This document shows, piece after piece, positions 21,915 to 32,333 of a DNA stretch of 64,000 bases. This stretch comes from Escherichia coli. Its GTDB lineage: Bacteria; Pseudomonadota; Gammaproteobacteria; Enterobacterales; Enterobacteriaceae. The notes beneath the pieces are model-generated. The model had not been told where the DNA came from. It saw only the letters and a list, made by a program, of their open reading frames with translations, and made no database searches. A program made the translations under genes and the position numbers. Position 1 is the stretch's first letter, and each line of letters begins with the position of its first letter. The stretch is taken from the NCBI RefSeq assembly GCF_003991155.1, contig NZ_CP031295.1, one strand, 5' to 3'.

Positions 21915-22141
21915 CAGAATGACTCCCTTTCCTGCATGCCGGGCTGTTCCCTGTTATCCATAAAATCGGCGCTGACGTTGTGTCCGTCGAACCATTCGTC
22001 CCATGTCTCTCCGGCTGGCGTAATGATTCTGGTTCGTCCGACAGCAATCACTTCAACGCGTTTTACGTTTTCCGGCAATGCAACCGCTTTTGGCAGTCTG
22101 ACCGCCTGGCTGCGGTTGCTGAAAAATACGGTGGTTTCCAT
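21914..22141 (-). CDS. vapB: VapB antitoxin (AbrB/SpoVT-like)
   Basis: 75-aa ORF immediately upstream of and overlapping vapC. Confidence 0.75.
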   Translation of the reverse strand: METTVFFSNRSQAVRLPKAVALPENVKRVEVIAVGRTRIITPAGETWDEWFDGHNVSADFMDNREQPGMQERESF

Positions 22142-22222
22142 TATTTGCCTCCTTATGTGGATATGTCTTGTGTATATCCATTGTGGGATTGATACCGGGA
22201 TATGTCAAAGGGATATACGTTT

Positions 22223-25200
22223 ATGATGAGTATCGCGCAGGTCAGATCGGCCGGAAGTGCCGGTAACTATTATACCGACAAGGATAATTACTATGTGCTG
22301 GGCAGCATGGGAGAACGCTGGGCCGGCAGGGGGGCTGAACAGCTGGGGCTGCAGGGCAGCGTCGATAAGGATGTTTTTACCCGTCTTCTGGAGGGGAAGC
22401 TGCCGGACGGAGCGGATTTAAGCCGCATGCAGGATGGCAGTAATAAGCATCGTCCCGGCTACGACCTGACCTTCTCCGCCCCCAAAAGTGTCTCCGTGAT
22501 GGCCATGTTAGGCGGTGATAAACGTCTTATTGATGCACATAACCAGGCCGTGGATTTTGCTGTCCGTCAGGTGGAGGCGCTGGCTTCCACACGGGTTATG
22601 ACGGACGGACAGTCAGAAACGGTGCTGACCGGTAATCTGGTGATGGCACTGTTTAACCACGACACCAGTCGCGATCAGGAACCACAGTTACACACACATG
22701 CGGTAGTGGCCAATGTCACGCAGCATAACGGCGAGTGGAAGACATTGAGCAGTGACAAAGTGGGGAAAACGGGGTTCATTGAGAATGTGTACGCTAATCA
22801 GATTGCCTTCGGCAGGCTCTACCGGGAAAAACTGAAAGAGCAGGTTGAGGCGCTAGGCTATGAAACGGAAGTGGTTGGTAAGCACGGTATGTGGGAGATG
22901 CCGGGCGTACCGGTGGAGGCCTTCTCCGGACGCTCACAGGCTATCCGGGAGGCCGTCGGGGAAGACGCCTCGCTGAAATCCCGGGATGTGGCGGCACTGG
23001 ATACGCGAAAATCCAAACAGCACGTCGATCCTGAAGTCAGAATGGCTGAATGGATGCAGACGCTGAAGGAAACCGGGTTCGACATCCGGGCGTATCGTGA
23101 CGCGGCGGACCAACGGGCGGAGACCCGCACGCAGACGCCCGGACCCGCTTCACAGGACGGGCCGGATGTGCAGCAGGCGGTGACACAGGCCATTGCCGGA
23201 TTAAGTGAACGCAAAGTGCAGTTTACGTACACGGACGTGCTGGCCAGAACGGTCGGCATACTGCCGCCGGAAAATGGTGTGATTGAACGGGCACGCGCCG
23301 GTATCGATGAGGCCATCAGCCGTGAGCAGCTTATCCCCCTCGATCGTGAGAAGGGGCTGTTCACGTCCGGGATTCATGTGCTCGATGAGCTGTCAGTCCG
23401 GGCACTCAGTCGTGACATCATGAAACAGAACCGGGTGACCGTACATCCGGAGAAAAGTGTCCCCCGGACGGCCGGTTACAGCGATGCGGTCAGTGTTCTG
23501 GCACAGGATCGCCCGTCGCTGGCTATTGTGTCCGGGCAGGGCGGTGCAGCCGGGCAGCGTGAGCGGGTGGCGGAGCTGGTCATGATGGCCCGGGAGCAGG
23601 GGCGGGAGGTGCAGATTATCGCCGCTGACCGTCGCTCGCAGATGAACCTGAAGCAGGATGAACGGCTGTCCGGTGAGCTGATAACCGGACGTCGTCAGCT
23701 GCAGGAGGGCATGGCCTTCACGCCGGGCAATACTGTTATCGTTGACCAGGGCGAAAAACTCTCCCTGAAAGAGACGTTAACCCTGCTGGACGGTGCCGCA
23801 CGTCATAACGTACAGGTCCTGATAACCGACAGCGGGCAGCGAACCGGTACAGGCAGTGCACTGATGGCCATGAAAGATGCCGGGGTGAACACATATCGCT
23901 GGCAGGGGGGAGAACAGCGGCCGGCCACCATCATCAGTGAACCGGACCGTAATGTCCGCTATGCCCGGCTGGCAGGAGATTTTGCTGCCAGCGTGAAAGC
24001 CGGAGAAGAGAGCGTGGCACAGGTCAGCGGGGTACGGGAACAGGCCATACTGACACAGGCCATTCGCAGTGAGCTGAAAACACAGGGCGTGCTCGGACGC
24101 CCGGAGGTAACCATGACCGCCCTGTCGCCGGTCTGGCTGGACAGCCGGAGCCGTTATCTGCGGGATATGTACCGTCCGGGGATGGTGATGGAGCAGTGGA
24201 ACCCGGAGACACGCAGTCATGACCGCTATGTTATCGACCGGGTGACGGCGCAGAGTAACAGCCTGACCCTGCGGGATGCGCAGGATGAAACGCAGGTGGT
24301 GCGTATTTCCTCCCTGGACAGCAGCTGGTCGCTGTTCCGGCCGGAAAAAATGCCGGTGGCAGACGGCGAGCGACTGAGGGTGACAGGGAAAATTCCCGGA
24401 CTCCGCGTCTCCGGCGGTGACCGCCTGCAGGTGGCATCCGTCAGTGAAGATGCGATGACGGTTGTTGTGCCGGGGCGGGCTGAACCGGCCTCCCTGCCTG
24501 TGAGCGATTCACCATTCATGGCACTGAAGCTGGAGAACGGCTGGGTGGAAACGCCCGGGCATTCCGTCAGCGACAGTGCGAAGGTTTTTGCCTCCGTCAC
24601 ACAGATGGCAATGGACAACGCCACCCTGAACGGTCTGGCCCGCAGCGGTCGTGATGTCCGGCTGTATTCCTCACTGGATGAAACCCGTACTGCGGAAAAA
24701 CTTGCCCGCCATCCCTCCTTTACGGTGGTTTCTGAGCAGATAAAGGCGCGTGCCGGTGAGACATTGCTGGAAACCGCTATCAGTCTGCAGAAAACCGGGC
24801 TTCACACGCCGGCACAGCAGGCTATTCATCTGGCGCTTCCTGTGGTGGAAAGTAAAAACCTGGCCTTCAGCATGGTGGACCTGCTGACAGAGGCGAAGTC
24901 GTTTGCTGCAGAAGGAACCAGTTTTACTGAACTGGGAGGGGAAATCAATGCGCAGATAAAACGCGGTGATTTACTGTATGTGGATGTGGCAAAAGGCTAT
25001 GGCACAGGCCTGCTGGTTTCCCGTGCGTCGTATGAGGCAGAAAAGAGCATTCTTCGCCATATTCTCGAAGGTAAGGAGGCGGTCACGCCACTGATGGAGA
25101 GAGTACCTGGCGAACTCATGGAGAAACTGACATCAGGACAGCGTGCCGCTACCCGCATGATACTGGAAACGTCCGACCGTTTCACGGTGGTGCAGGGCTA

Positions 25201-27493
25201 TGCCGGTGTGGGTAAGACCACACAGTTCCGGGCGGTGATGTCAGCCGTGAACATGCTGCCGGAGAGTGAACGTCCCCGTGTCGTGGGGCTGGGGCCCACG
25301 CACCGTGCGGTCGGTGAGATGCGCAGCGCCGGCGTGGATGCACAGACGCTGGCGTCCTTTCTGCATGACACGCAGCTGCTGCAGCGCAGCGGAGAAACGC
25401 CGAATTTCAGCAACACGCTGTTCCTGCTCGATGAGAGCTCTATGGTGGGCAATACCGACATGGCACGGGCATACGCCCTGATTGCGGCCGGTGGCGGTCG
25501 TGCCGTGGCCAGTGGTGACACGGACCAGTTGCAGGCCATCGCGCCCGGTCAGCCTTTCCGTCTCCAGCAGACGCGCAGTGCTGCCGATGTGGTCATCATG
25601 AAGGAGATTGTGCGTCAGACGCCGGAACTGCGGGAGGCGGTATACAGCCTGATTAACCGGGATGTGGAAAGGGCACTGTCCGGGCTTGAGAGTGTGAAAC
25701 CGTCTCAGGTTCCCCGTCAGGAGGGCGCATGGGCACCGGAGCACTCCGTGACGGAGTTCAGTCACAGCCAGGAAGCGAAACTGGCAGAAGCGCAGCAGAA
25801 GGCGATGCTGAAAGGCGAGGCTTTCCCGGATATCCCCATGACACTGTATGAAGCCATTGTCCGCGACTATACCGGCAGGACACCGGAAGCACGGGAGCAG
25901 ACGCTGATTGTCACACACCTGAATGAGGACCGGCGCGTACTGAACAGCATGATTCATGATGCACGGGAAAAGGCCGGTGAGCTGGGCAAAGAGCAGGTCA
26001 TGGTGCCTGTCCTGAACACAGCGAATATACGTGACGGAGAACTGCGTCGTCTCTCCACCTGGGAGAATAACCCGGATGCCCTTGCCCTGGTGGATAGTGT
26101 GTATCACCGGATTGCCGGTATCAGCAAGGATGACGGGCTGATAACCCTGGAGGATGCGGAAGGTAACACGCGGCTGATTTCGCCCCGGGAGGCGGTGGCT
26201 GAAGGCGTCACACTGTACACCCCGGACACCATCCGGGTGGGAACCGGTGACCGGATGCGCTTCACGAAGAGTGACCGGGAGCGAGGTTATGTGGCCAACA
26301 GCGTCTGGACGGTGACAGCGGTTTCCGGTGACAGTGTCACGCTGTCGGACGGACAGCAGATCCGGGTGATTCGCCCAGGTCAGGAGCGGGCAGAGCAACA
26401 TATTGACCTGGCTTATGCCATCACCGCCCACGGTGCGCAGGGGGCAAGTGAAACCTTTGCCATCGCGCTTGAAGGCACGGAAGGTAACCGGAAACTGATG
26501 GCCGGCTTTGAGTCAGCCTACGTGGCCCTGTCGCGTATGAAGCAGCATGTGCAGGTGTACACCGATAACCGTCAGGGCTGGACGGATGCCATCAACAATG
26601 CCGTACAGAAAGGAACTGCCCACGATGTGCTAGAGCCGAAATCGGACCGGGAGGTCATGAATGCAGAGCGGCTGTTCAGTACGGCGCGGGAGCTGCGGGA
26701 CGTGGTGGCCGGCCGTGCCGTTCTCCGTCAGGCAGGGCTGGCCGGGGGAGACAGTCCTGCACGGTTTATTGCACCCGGGCGCAAATATCCGCAGCCGTAT
26801 GTGGCACTGCCGGCTTTTGACCGTAACGGCAAGTCAGCTGGTATCTGGCTGAACCCGCTGACCACGGATGACGGAAACGGGCTGCGGGGCTTCAGTGGTG
26901 AAGGCCGGGTGAAAGGCAGCGGGGATGCGCAGTTCGTGGCCCTGCAGGGCAGCCGTAACGGAGAGAGCCTGCTGGCTGATAATATGCAGGATGGTGTCCG
27001 GATTGCCCGTGATAATCCTGACAGCGGTGTGGTGGTAAGAATCGCCGGTGAAGGTCGTCCGTGGAATCCCAGAACCATCACCGGTGGTCGCGTGTGGGGG
27101 GATATCCCGGACAACAGCGTTCAGCCGGGAGCCGGAAATGGCGAACCGGTCACGGCAGAGGTACTGGCACAGCGGCAGGCTGAAGAGGCCATCCGCCGTG
27201 AAACGGAACGCCGTGCGGATGAAATTGTCCGTAAAATGGCAGAGAACAAACCTGACCTGCCGGACGGCAAAACAGAGCAGGCTGTCAGGGATATTGCCGG
27301 GCTGGAGCGTGACCGGTCTGCCATATCTGAACGGGAAGCCGCGCTGCCGGAGAGTGTACTGCGTGAACCACAACGGGTGCGGGAAGCGGTCCGGGAGGTT
27401 GCCCGGGAAAATCTGCTGCAGGAGCGACTGCAGCAGATGGAGCGGGATATGGTTCGTGACCTGCAGAAAGAGAAAACCCTGGGCGGAGACTGA
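22223..27493 (+). CDS. traI: TraI relaxase/helicase (start set at MMSIAQVRSAGS)
   Basis: 1756 codons; N-terminal relaxase motif region, helicase Walker A GYAGVGKT. Confidence 0.9.
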   Translation: MMSIAQVRSAGSAGNYYTDKDNYYVLGSMGERWAGRGAEQLGLQGSVDKDVFTRLLEGKLPDGADLSRMQDGSNKHRPGYDLTFSAPKSVSVMAMLGGDKRLIDAHNQAVDFAVRQVEALASTRVMTDGQSETVLTGNLVMALFNHDTSRDQEPQLHTHAVVANVTQHNGEWKTLSSDKVGKTGFIENVYANQIAFGRLYREKLKEQVEALGYETEVVGKHGMWEMPGVPVEAFSGRSQAIREAVGEDASLKSRDVAALDTRKSKQHVDPEVRMAEWMQTLKETGFDIRAYRDAADQRAETRTQTPGPASQDGPDVQQAVTQAIAGLSERKVQFTYTDVLARTVGILPPENGVIERARAGIDEAISREQLIPLDREKGLFTSGIHVLDELSVRALSRDIMKQNRVTVHPEKSVPRTAGYSDAVSVLAQDRPSLAIVSGQGGAAGQRERVAELVMMAREQGREVQIIAADRRSQMNLKQDERLSGELITGRRQLQEGMAFTPGNTVIVDQGEKLSLKETLTLLDGAARHNVQVLITDSGQRTGTGSALMAMKDAGVNTYRWQGGEQRPATIISEPDRNVRYARLAGDFAASVKAGEESVAQVSGVREQAILTQAIRSELKTQGVLGRPEVTMTALSPVWLDSRSRYLRDMYRPGMVMEQWNPETRSHDRYVIDRVTAQSNSLTLRDAQDETQVVRISSLDSSWSLFRPEKMPVADGERLRVTGKIPGLRVSGGDRLQVASVSEDAMTVVVPGRAEPASLPVSDSPFMALKLENGWVETPGHSVSDSAKVFASVTQMAMDNATLNGLARSGRDVRLYSSLDETRTAEKLARHPSFTVVSEQIKARAGETLLETAISLQKTGLHTPAQQAIHLALPVVESKNLAFSMVDLLTEAKSFAAEGTSFTELGGEINAQIKRGDLLYVDVAKGYGTGLLVSRASYEAEKSILRHILEGKEAVTPLMERVPGELMEKLTSGQRAATRMILETSDRFTVVQGYAGVGKTTQFRAVMSAVNMLPESERPRVVGLGPTHRAVGEMRSAGVDAQTLASFLHDTQLLQRSGETPNFSNTLFLLDESSMVGNTDMARAYALIAAGGGRAVASGDTDQLQAIAPGQPFRLQQTRSAADVVIMKEIVRQTPELREAVYSLINRDVERALSGLESVKPSQVPRQEGAWAPEHSVTEFSHSQEAKLAEAQQKAMLKGEAFPDIPMTLYEAIVRDYTGRTPEAREQTLIVTHLNEDRRVLNSMIHDAREKAGELGKEQVMVPVLNTANIRDGELRRLSTWENNPDALALVDSVYHRIAGISKDDGLITLEDAEGNTRLISPREAVAEGVTLYTPDTIRVGTGDRMRFTKSDRERGYVANSVWTVTAVSGDSVTLSDGQQIRVIRPGQERAEQHIDLAYAITAHGAQGASETFAIALEGTEGNRKLMAGFESAYVALSRMKQHVQVYTDNRQGWTDAINNAVQKGTAHDVLEPKSDREVMNAERLFSTARELRDVVAGRAVLRQAGLAGGDSPARFIAPGRKYPQPYVALPAFDRNGKSAGIWLNPLTTDDGNGLRGFSGEGRVKGSGDAQFVALQGSRNGESLLADNMQDGVRIARDNPDSGVVVRIAGEGRPWNPRTITGGRVWGDIPDNSVQPGAGNGEPVTAEVLAQRQAEEAIRRETERRADEIVRKMAENKPDLPDGKTEQAVRDIAGLERDRSAISEREAALPESVLREPQRVREAVREVARENLLQERLQQMERDMVRDLQKEKTLGGD

Positions 27494-27512
27494 CACAGGA
27501 AGATAAACGCTG

Positions 27513-28259
27513 ATGACAACGGATAACACGAACACAACACGTAATGATTCACTGGCTGCCCGGACCGATACCTGGTTGCAGTCGTTGCTGGTCTGGTCAC
27601 CCGGACAGCGGGATATCATCAAAACGGTGGCACTGGTGCTGATGGTTCTGGACCATGCAAACCGCATTCTGCATCTGGACCAGTCGTGGATGTTTCTGGT
27701 CGGGCGTGGGGCCTTTCCGCTGTTTGCCCTGGTGTGGGGGCTGAATCTGTCCCGTCATACGCATATCCGGCAGGAGGCCATTAACCGGCTGTGGGGATGG
27801 GCGGTGATTGCCCAGTTCGCATATTATCTGGCCGGCTTTCCTTGGTATGAGGGGAATATCCTGTTTGCCTTTGCAGTTGCGGCACAGGTGCTGACATGGT
27901 GTGAAACGCGCACCTGGTGGCGTTCCGCAGAGACCATGTTGCTTCTGGCAATGTGGTTGCCTTTCTCCGGCACCAGTTACGGCATTGCCGGGCTGCTGAT
28001 GCTGGCAGTCAGCCACAGGCTGTACCGGGCGGAAGACAGAATGGAACGTCTGGCGCTGGTCGCCTGCCTGCTGGCTGTTATTCCGGCGCTTAACCTTGCC
28101 ACCAGTGATGCAGCGGCGGTGGCCGGCCTTGTGATGACGGTGCTGACTGTTGGTCTGGTGTCCTGTACAGGGAAATCACTACCCCGTTTCTGGTACGGGG
28201 ATTTTTTCCCGACGTTCTATGCCTGTCATCTTACTGTGCTGGGCGTTCTGGCTGTGTGA
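27513..28259 (+). CDS. traX: TraX pilin acetylase
   Basis: 248-aa polytopic membrane ORF after traI. Confidence 0.8.
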   Translation: MTTDNTNTTRNDSLAARTDTWLQSLLVWSPGQRDIIKTVALVLMVLDHANRILHLDQSWMFLVGRGAFPLFALVWGLNLSRHTHIRQEAINRLWGWAVIAQFAYYLAGFPWYEGNILFAFAVAAQVLTWCETRTWWRSAETMLLLAMWLPFSGTSYGIAGLLMLAVSHRLYRAEDRMERLALVACLLAVIPALNLATSDAAAVAGLVMTVLTVGLVSCTGKSLPRFWYGDFFPTFYACHLTVLGVLAV

Positions 28260-28317
28260 CTGGTATGATGCTGGCGCTGATTCTGCTTATTAATAAACAA
28301 CATAACACAGGATATTT

Positions 28318-29178
28318 ATGAAAATTACGGATCACAAACTCCCTGAAGGTATTGCCCTGACATTTCGTGTCCCGGAAGGAAATATAAAACATCCTTTGAT
28401 TCTCTTATGCCATGGATTTTGCGGTATCCGGAATGTTCTGCTGCCTTCCTTTGCGAATGCGTTTACAGAAGCCGGGTTTGCAACGATTACTTTTGATTAT
28501 CGTGGATTCGGTGAGAGTGAAGGGGAACGAGGTCGTCTGGTTCCGGCAATGCAGACCGAAGATATTATTTCAGTTATCAATTGGGCAGAAAAGCAGGTAT
28601 GTATTGATAATCAGCGTATAGGATTATGGGGAACATCGCTGGGTGGGTGTCATGTATTCAATGCAGCTGCGCAGGATAAAAGAGTGAAAAGTATTGTCAG
28701 CCAGCTGGCTTTTGCTGACGGTGAGGTTCTGGTTACCGGAGAAATGAATGAACTGGAGAAAGCTTCTTTTCTGTCCACGCTGAATAAAATGGCAGAAAAG
28801 AAGAAAAATACCGGGAAAGAGATGTTTGTGGGGGTTACCCGGGTACTGAGTGATAATGAATCAAAGGTATTCTTCGAGAAGGTAAAAGGTCAGTATCCTG
28901 AAATGGATATAAAAATACCTTTCCTTACGGTTATGGAGACGTTGCAATATAAACCGGCAGAGAGCGCAGCCAAAGTACAGTGCCCAGTTTTGGTTGTTAT
29001 TGCCGGCCAGGATAGTGTTAATCCACCAGAACAGGGAAGAGCCTTATATGATGCTGTTGCTTCTGGTACTAAGGAATTATACGAGGAAGCTGACGCATGC
29101 CATTATGATATTTATAAAGGCGCGTTTTTTGAACGTGTGGCGGCAGTACAGACGCAATGGTTTAAAAAACATCTTTAA
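28318..29178 (+). CDS. alpha/beta-fold hydrolase
   Basis: 286 aa with GTSLGG nucleophile elbow (GxSxG); sits between traX and finO. Confidence 0.6.
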   Translation: MKITDHKLPEGIALTFRVPEGNIKHPLILLCHGFCGIRNVLLPSFANAFTEAGFATITFDYRGFGESEGERGRLVPAMQTEDIISVINWAEKQVCIDNQRIGLWGTSLGGCHVFNAAAQDKRVKSIVSQLAFADGEVLVTGEMNELEKASFLSTLNKMAEKKKNTGKEMFVGVTRVLSDNESKVFFEKVKGQYPEMDIKIPFLTVMETLQYKPAESAAKVQCPVLVVIAGQDSVNPPEQGRALYDAVASGTKELYEEADACHYDIYKGAFFERVAAVQTQWFKKHL

Positions 29179-29280
29179 TTGTCGGTATTAATATGTCAGA
29201 GGTCGTTGAGGTCAGCTTAATATCATAGTGAGTAGTTTCAACGACCTGGAGGACATATTTTCACAAAGGTCAGGGCAATC

Positions 29281-29841
29281 ATGACAGAGCAGAAACGACC
29301 GGTACTGACACTGAAACGGAAAACGGAAGGGGAAACACCGACCCGGAGCCGGAAAACCATCATCAATGTCACCACGCCACCAAAATGGAAGGTGAAAAAG
29401 CAGAAACTGGCGGAGAAGGCTGCCCGGGAAGCAGAGCTGGCGGCGAAGAAAGCACAGGCCAGACAGGCGCTGTCCATTTATCTGACGCTGCCCTCGCTGG
29501 ATGAGGCGGTGAACACTCTGAAACCTTGGTGGCCGGGATTGTTTGACGGTAACACGCCCCGGCTTCTGGCCTGCGGTATCCGGGACGTGTTACTGGAAGA
29601 CGTGGCGCAGCGGAATATCCCGCTCTCGCATAAAAAACTGCGCCGGGCGCTGAAGGCCATCACCCGTTCAGAAAGCTATCTGTGTGCCATGAAAGCCGGT
29701 GCCTGCCGGTATGACACGGAAGGGTATGTGACGGAGCATATTTCTCAGGAGGAGGAAGCGTATGCGGCAGGGCGTTTGGAGAAAATTCGCCGCCAGAACC
29801 GGACAAAGGCAGAACTTCAGGCCGTGCTTGATGGGAAATAA
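29281..29841 (+). CDS. finO: FinO fertility-inhibition RNA chaperone
   Basis: 186 aa, basic N-terminus and FinO/ProQ-type C-terminal domain; terminal gene of tra region. Confidence 0.85.
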   Translation: MTEQKRPVLTLKRKTEGETPTRSRKTIINVTTPPKWKVKKQKLAEKAAREAELAAKKAQARQALSIYLTLPSLDEAVNTLKPWWPGLFDGNTPRLLACGIRDVLLEDVAQRNIPLSHKKLRRALKAITRSESYLCAMKAGACRYDTEGYVTEHISQEEEAYAAGRLEKIRRQNRTKAELQAVLDGK

Positions 29842-29845
29842 AAAA

Positions 29846-29870
29846 AGCCTCCCCGGAAACCGGGGAGGCT
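29846..29870 (+). terminator. Hairpin after finO (agcctccccgg aaa ccggggaggct)
   Basis: Perfect inverted repeat immediately after the finO stop. Confidence 0.45.
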
Positions 29871-30812
29871 GAAACAATAAGGCTTAAAAGGAAATAACTT
29901 CCGTACCCGAAAGGAAGCCAGTCCACTGAATTATTTACCACAATAATACTGACGACTAAAAGGGAGGAGCAGAAAAATGAATGGATTCAGAAACAGTTCA
30001 CGGAACGGTCAGGTCTGGCGTTACCAGCGTGCCGGCGGGCGGGCCGTTATTCTGGAGGTCAGTGGACGCTGGATGGAAGCGGCAGAAGCATGGCGACGGG
30101 CTGCCTGCATAGCTCCCCGGACAGACTGGCAACAGTTTGCCCGGAAAAGGGCTGAACACTGCCACCGGCGCTGCCGGGGAAGGGTGTAACGAAAAAAGCA
30201 GCCTTCATTACTCCAGGAGTCAGAAGGCTGAAAGGAGTTTATGAGATTTGCTTTTTTTAATATCCGGTCGGGCAGTATGACCGGCCAGTTCTGAGTAGCA
30301 CAGAGTTTTTTCCGTATTAAGTCGCGATTTTATATTTTGTGATTAATTTCACAAAATAAGGTCTTATTCAATGTGTGCTGCGATATTCAGGGGGGCTGAA
30401 ATACAGGTGCCATTTATCTGATATGGAGAATAACATGAGGAAATATATTCCACTGGTATTATTTATCTTTTCATGGCCGGTATTGTCTGCAGATGTTCAC
30501 GGGCAGATTTATGCACCAGACAGAATGAATGTTAATTAGTTTATGAATACAACAGGGGCTGATCAGCAATCACCGGAACATCGTAGCTGACGCGTTCGCA
30601 ATGCTCAGTTGTCCCCCCCGGAAACGGGAAAAAGTAAGTTTTCCCCCGCTCCCGGCGTTTTTGTAACAAAAACAGGCAAATGGGGGTAATAGTCAGCAAC
30701 AGGGAATGTGGTATTATCGCGGCGGGTGTTTGAGCCTTTCTGGTTCAGGCAAGACGCAGGTACCAGAAATGCGAAGACCCCACTCGTTAATCCATTAACT
30801 CGTGAGGTCTGC

Positions 30813-31019
30813 ATGAAGTACCTTAACACTACTGATTGTAGCCTCTTCTTTGCTGAGAGGTCAAAGTTTATGACGAAATATGCCCTTATCGGGTTGCTCG
30901 CCGTGTGCGCCACGGTGTTGTGTTTTTCACTGATATTCAGGGAACGGTTATGTGAGCTGAATATTCACAGAGGAAATACAGTGGTGCAGGTAACTCTGGC
31001 CTACGAAGCACGGAAGTAA
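30813..31019 (+). CDS. srnB: Hok/Gef-family type I toxin reading frame (SrnB-like); toxin core 30870-31019 with overlapping leader ORF
   Basis: C-terminal ...LIGLLAVCATVLCFSLIFRERLCELNIHRGNTVVQVTLAYEARK matches Hok-family pattern (TM helix, LCEL, AYE). Confidence 0.7.
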   Translation: MKYLNTTDCSLFFAERSKFMTKYALIGLLAVCATVLCFSLIFRERLCELNIHRGNTVVQVTLAYEARK

Positions 31020-31302
31020 GCTGCCGGGCGGGGACGGAAGTCCCCGCTTTCCGGAAGTGTGAGGTATTTCAGGGGCAGACACCCTATATACCAGAAACAG
31101 CCGGTCCCGCCCGGGGCCGGCACCCTGGCTAAGGCATTTCCAGCTTTTCAGTCATTTCATTATCAAAATCACATTAAACGGTCGTAATCAGACATGATTT
31201 GTGCGCCAACACAGATCATCGTCACAACTTTCAAGTCGCTGATTTCAAAAAACTGTAGTATTCTCTGCGAAACGATCCCTGTTTGAGAATTGAGGAGGCG
31301 AG

Positions 31303-31560
31303 ATGTCGCAGACAGAAAATGCAGTGACTTCCTCATCAGGCACCAAGCGTACATACCGGAAAGGTAACCCTGTTCCGGCCAGAGAGAGGCAAAGAGCTTC
31401 TCTGGCTCGCAGAAGCAACACTCATAAGGCTTTTCATGCGGTTATTCAGGCCCGGTTAAAAGACAGGCTGAGTGAACTGGCGGATGAGGAAGGTATTACT
31501 CAGGCGCAGATGCTTGAAAAACTGATTGAATCAGAGCTGAAACGCAGAGCGACTTCGTAA
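31303..31560 (+). CDS. copB: CopB/RepA2 copy-number repressor of RepFIIA replicon
   Basis: 85 aa beginning [11 protein letters not shown] and ending ...[18 protein letters not shown], upstream of tap/repA1. Confidence 0.8.
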   Translation: MSQTENAVTSSSGTKRTYRKGNPVPARERQRASLARRSNTHKAFHAVIQARLKDRLSELADEEGITQAQMLEKLIESELKRRATS

Positions 31561-31694
31561 ATATTCACATTCTTGCTTATCTCAGGAGTGAGTGGTAGAT
31601 TGCTGATCGTTTAAGGAATTTTGTGGCTGGCCACGCCGTAAGGTGGCAGGGAACTGGTTCTGATGTGGATTTACAGGAGCCAGAAAAGCGAAAA

Positions 31695-31778
31695 CCCCGA
31701 TAATCTTCTTCAAGTTTGGCGACTAGAAAGATTACCGGGGCCCCATAAAACCGCATAGCCAACAATTCAGCTATGCGG
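31695..31778 (-). ncRNA. copA: Putative CopA antisense RNA / CopT target region (two stem-loops)
   Basis: Long imperfect inverted repeat 31695-31740 plus hairpin 31751-31778 just upstream of tap; strand and ends inferred from RepFIIA organisation. Confidence 0.35.
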
Positions 31779-31791
31779 GGAGTATAGTTAT

Positions 31792-31866
31792 ATGCCCGGA
31801 AAAGTTCAAGACTTCTTTCTGTGCTCACTCCTTCTGTGCATTGTAAGTGCAGGATGGTGTGGCTAA
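31792..31866 (+). CDS. tap: Tap (RepA6) leader peptide, 24 aa
   Basis: [24 protein letters not shown] read directly from sequence. Confidence 0.75.
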   Translation: MPGKVQDFFLCSLLLCIVSAGWCG

Positions 31867-32333
31867 TCATGAAACACATTCAGTAATAGCGGGTGGGATT
31901 GAATCAGATCTTCACATTGATTCCAGCAAGTATCCTCACCCGTTTTGCAGCCTTCTCCAGAAAAGGGCTCATTTTGACTCCTTCAAGCATCTGATCTTCA
32001 TCAGAGGTTTGCTTGCAATAGCGCATGGCAAACGTAAAAATAAAATCAGCGCGTCGATGGTTAGTTTTTATGTTTCCCTCGTACAAGTAATGTGCGCACA
32101 CTACATCCCTGATACGAACAAAGTTAACTTATCTGTTAAAGAGCTTTCAGTTTGTAGTGGAGGTTCATACACTCGTGTTTGGAGAGCCCTCAAAACTCTT
32201 GATAATGATCTTCATCTCATCGCTTTTGATGGAGGAACCATCTGGTTCAGACCAGATATGTTCGAAACTTTACGTGTCGGCCCAGACGAGCTAGTTACCG
32301 CCCGTAGGAGGGGGAATAGTGTTGGAGGGGGAC

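Noticed and set aside
25241-26431. 396-aa minus-strand ORF inside traI
   Set aside because: Lies entirely antisense to the well-supported 1756-codon traI frame, has no recognisable motifs, and is the kind of long open antisense frame that GC-rich coding sequence produces.
26834-27667. 277-aa minus-strand ORF overlapping the traI 3' end and traX start
   Set aside because: Antisense to two well-supported genes with no start context or motifs; treated as spurious.
29977-30189. 70-aa arginine-rich ORF downstream of finO
   Set aside because: No recognisable motif or ribosome-binding context, and the composition looks like GC-rich non-coding sequence; not confident enough to call a gene.
31577-31879. 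100-aa minus-strand ORF across the copA/tap region
   Set aside because: Overlaps the conserved RepFIIA control elements (CopA stem-loops, tap); more likely non-coding antisense sequence than a protein gene.
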